Source: Candidatus Dadabacteria bacterium (GTDB lineage: Bacteria; Desulfobacterota_D; UBA1144; Nemesobacterales; CSP1-2). Taken from it: a stretch of DNA of 64,000 bases. A program made the translations under genes and the position numbers. Location of the stretch: contig CAWDVW010000005.1 of assembly GCA_963805855.1 (NCBI GenBank), forward strand, positions 1,022,297 to 1,086,296. Direction: 5' to 3'. The notes beneath the pieces are model-generated. The model was not told the origin of the DNA, searched no databases, and saw only the letters and a list, made by a program, of their open reading frames with translations. Of the stretch, positions 62,104 to 64,000 are shown piece after piece (the first letter of the stretch is position 1; every line of letters begins with the position of its first letter).

Positions 62104-62605
62104 AGGAGATCTCGTCGATCCCGATCCGGCGCAGCCCGGCGAGGCGGTCGGTGCGGGCGGCCCGCTCGGCCACCACCCGGGTGACGATGTCGGCCACGCT
62201 GCGCCAGGCCACCCGCAGCAGCATCGCGACCACCGACAGGGTGGCGTGGCAGACCAGCCACGCGGCGGTGTCTTCGAAGGCGGTGGTGAACCGCGCCCCG
62301 GGCCGCGCCCAGGGCACCGCGGCGACCACCACCCCGTGCTCCCGGCACCTCACCCGCGACGTGGTGGCCTGCAGGTACACCTGGGTGGTGCCCAGGTCCA
62401 GGCCCCGCCAGCGCCGCGGGTCCGGGCTGGTGTCATAGCCCGGGCAGCGGCGCTGGCAGCGTGAACAGCGCCGCGCCGCGCCGGCCTTGACCCGCACCCG
62501 AGCCAGCAGCACTTCCTGGCCCCGGGCGTCGGTCTCCAGGTCTACCGACTCGATCACCGTGTGCTCGACCCCGAGCACCCGACGCCATAGCCTCGTGGTG
62601 CGCAC
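62104..62605 (-). pseudogene. Second, different ISL3 transposase, 5' half only
   Basis: CSRC...CREH, VPWARPG.RFT, ends at RRIGIDEIS; its upstream region shares TGAGGGGCGCACG with the left ISL3. Confidence 0.88.
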
Positions 62606-62716
62606 GCCGCGTCTCCGTCTTCGTCTCTGGTCGTGGAAACCCAGAGCTGAAGACAGGCTGGCGTGCGCCCCTCATTCCACAATCTTTACCGGCGGCCACC
62701 TACCCGCCGGAGGTTC

Positions 62717-62842
62717 GGGGGCGCTGCGCACCAGCCGGGCAGGCCCCCGGCCTGCCCGCAAGCCCTGCCCGAAGGGGCCGCAGAGGCTCGCAGGTCCAGG
62801 GGGGCGCGCAGCGCCCTCGCGTAGCGACGCCGCAGGCGCCCT
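62717..62842. other. Multi-hairpin GNA-triloop element (ssDNA-structure-like), interrupted by the intron
   Basis: AGGG[GGGCGC-GCA-GCGCCC][TCGC-GTA-GCGA][CGCC-GCA-GGCG]CCCT at 62798-62842, plus a 10-bp hairpin at 62736-62758. Confidence 0.6.
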
Positions 62843-64000
62843 GTGCGACACGAGGTCGCACAGCACAAGTGAACTCATTGAACTGGAGGTTTGGCTGATG
62901 CCGAGGATGTAGTTCCGAGCCAGTGCTCAAGGCTCGTCCCTGTCCTGGCGGGCGTCGTGGGTAACCGCGGGGTCCGAAGCCCAGGGTGAAGCCCAAGGGT
63001 CCCCGTCCCATCCGGGGGCTACAGGCGAGGGGAAGACCGGACGGGTGAAGCACGTAAACCCTCGCTGATGTCTCGTTAGCGCGACCCCCGTCAGATGGGA
63101 TGGTTTTAGCGGGGTACAGGACTGGCCGCTAGAGAAGGCGGCGGGTGCCGGCTGGTGAAGGGCGTCCAGCCGGGAGAGCACCACCGTCCCGGGATAAAGA
63201 GGGCACCCACCCCGGTCGATTCTTGTGCGTGTGGAACGTGGGAACCCCGCCGGGTCCCCGCCGCTATTTGGCGGGGTAAGCCGACCGTAAGGAAGGCCAA
63301 CTCCTTTTGGCGGGAACAGGATGCCCAAGAAGCAAATGCCGGTGGCCGAAAGGCGACAGGAAACCACGGGCGATACGGCTACACCTCCAAGTGGCCGCCC
63401 ATGGATAACTGGCCGGATACCGGACCTGTGGGCCGGACCCGAAAAGGTTGCTGACGTGGGCAGGTGAGCCTTTGAAGGACTAACGCAGGTGACCTCCGGA
63501 ACCGAAGGACAAGTTGGACACATGACGGGATACTCCTTCTCCACCCCAGCGGTGGCGACGGGCGCCCTGAACGTGAACGGACCCGAGGACGAGGCCCCCG
63601 ACTGGGACGCCATCGACTGGCGCGCCCACGAGGGCCGAGTACGGCGGCTACGGCGAAGGATCTTCAAGGCGACGCAGGAGCAGGACTGGGCCAAGGTCCG
63701 GTCCCTGCAGAAGATGTTGCTGCGGTCCTGGTCGAACACGCTGGTCAGCGTGCGCCAGGTGACCCAGCGCAACGCTGGCCGCACGACCGCCGGGGTGGAC
63801 GGGGAGATCGCGTTGACTCCCGCCCGCAGGATGGAGGTGGCGGTGCGCGTGCACCGCACCATCTCCTCCTGGCAGCCCCTGCCGGTCAAGCGGGTGTACA
63901 TACCGAAGGCCAATGGGAAACAGCGCCCACTCGGCATTCCGGTGATCATGGACCGGTGCCATCAAGGGCGGGTCCGCAACGCGCTGGAACCCGAATGGGA
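62843..64000 (+). mobile_element. Group II intron (5' part; runs off the window)
   Basis: 5' GTGCG; EBS1 AGGGCG (63159-63164) in a hairpin loop is complementary to exon end CGCCCT; RT ORF follows. Confidence 0.88.
63522..64000 (+). CDS. ltrA: Group II intron reverse transcriptase/maturase (3' partial)
   Basis: My translation: W..IDW...[12 protein letters not shown]...N.G..TAGVDG...[17 protein letters not shown]...DR..Q....ALEPEW. Confidence 0.93.
   Translation, partial: MTGYSFSTPAVATGALNVNGPEDEAPDWDAIDWRAHEGRVRRLRRRIFKATQEQDWAKVRSLQKMLLRSWSNTLVSVRQVTQRNAGRTTAGVDGEIALTPARRMEVAVRVHRTISSWQPLPVKRVYIPKANGKQRPLGIPVIMDRCHQGRVRNALEPEW

Noticed and set aside
18386-64000. Numerous long overlapping Arg/Pro/Ala-rich ORFs in the track (e.g. 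18438-20567, 33767-36115, 51082-52860, 62927-63949)
   Set aside because: Shadow ORFs caused by stop-codon scarcity in high-GC DNA, lying antisense or off-frame to recognisable genes.
63522-64000. Retron, DGR or defence-associated RT
   Set aside because: The N-terminal RT0 motifs, the GTGCG start and the EBS1-IBS1 pairing identify a group II intron.

Overview
The window joins DNA from two unrelated bacteria. Bases 1-~18355 are AT-richer (about low-40s % GC by eye) with intact ORFs: a glnD 3' end, nadB-korA-korB-nadC-nadA, a RAYT transposase, ggt, mepA, a REP cluster, an AguB-AguA fusion, glgP, a RAYT remnant, a 5'-truncated comM and a truncated GAF gene. Bases ~18404-64000 are very GC-rich (above 70% by eye) and actinobacterial (Pseudonocardiaceae-like), with many single-base indels. 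This part holds IS1182, ssrA-smpB-vapBC-ftsXE-prfB, an SLT gene with a structured leader, a giant multi-domain SpoIIE protein, tRNA-fMet, the conserved UPF0182...whiB7-uvrD2-mrx1 block, and a mobile-element cluster at the right end. The junction (18356-18403) resembles back-to-back Oxford Nanopore adapter remnants, so it is most likely a chimera artefact and not HGT. The best candidate for an undescribed system is a 3.0-kb element with two tyrosine recombinases and terminal inverted repeats (59088-62098). It is flanked on BOTH sides by 5' halves of two different ISL3 transposase genes, each cut in the same register at the conserved GIDE(V/I)S motif. This suggests an ISL3-targeting site-specific element that also mediated a rearrangement. 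Other highlights are a candidate cis-regulatory RNA with twin CUCCCCA loops, a group II intron whose EBS1/EBS2 match a GNA-triloop four-way-junction target, an orphan eCIS-effector-like HExxH protein and a pseudo-histidine-kinase partner-switching fusion. All calls come from motif recognition by eye; no searches were run.
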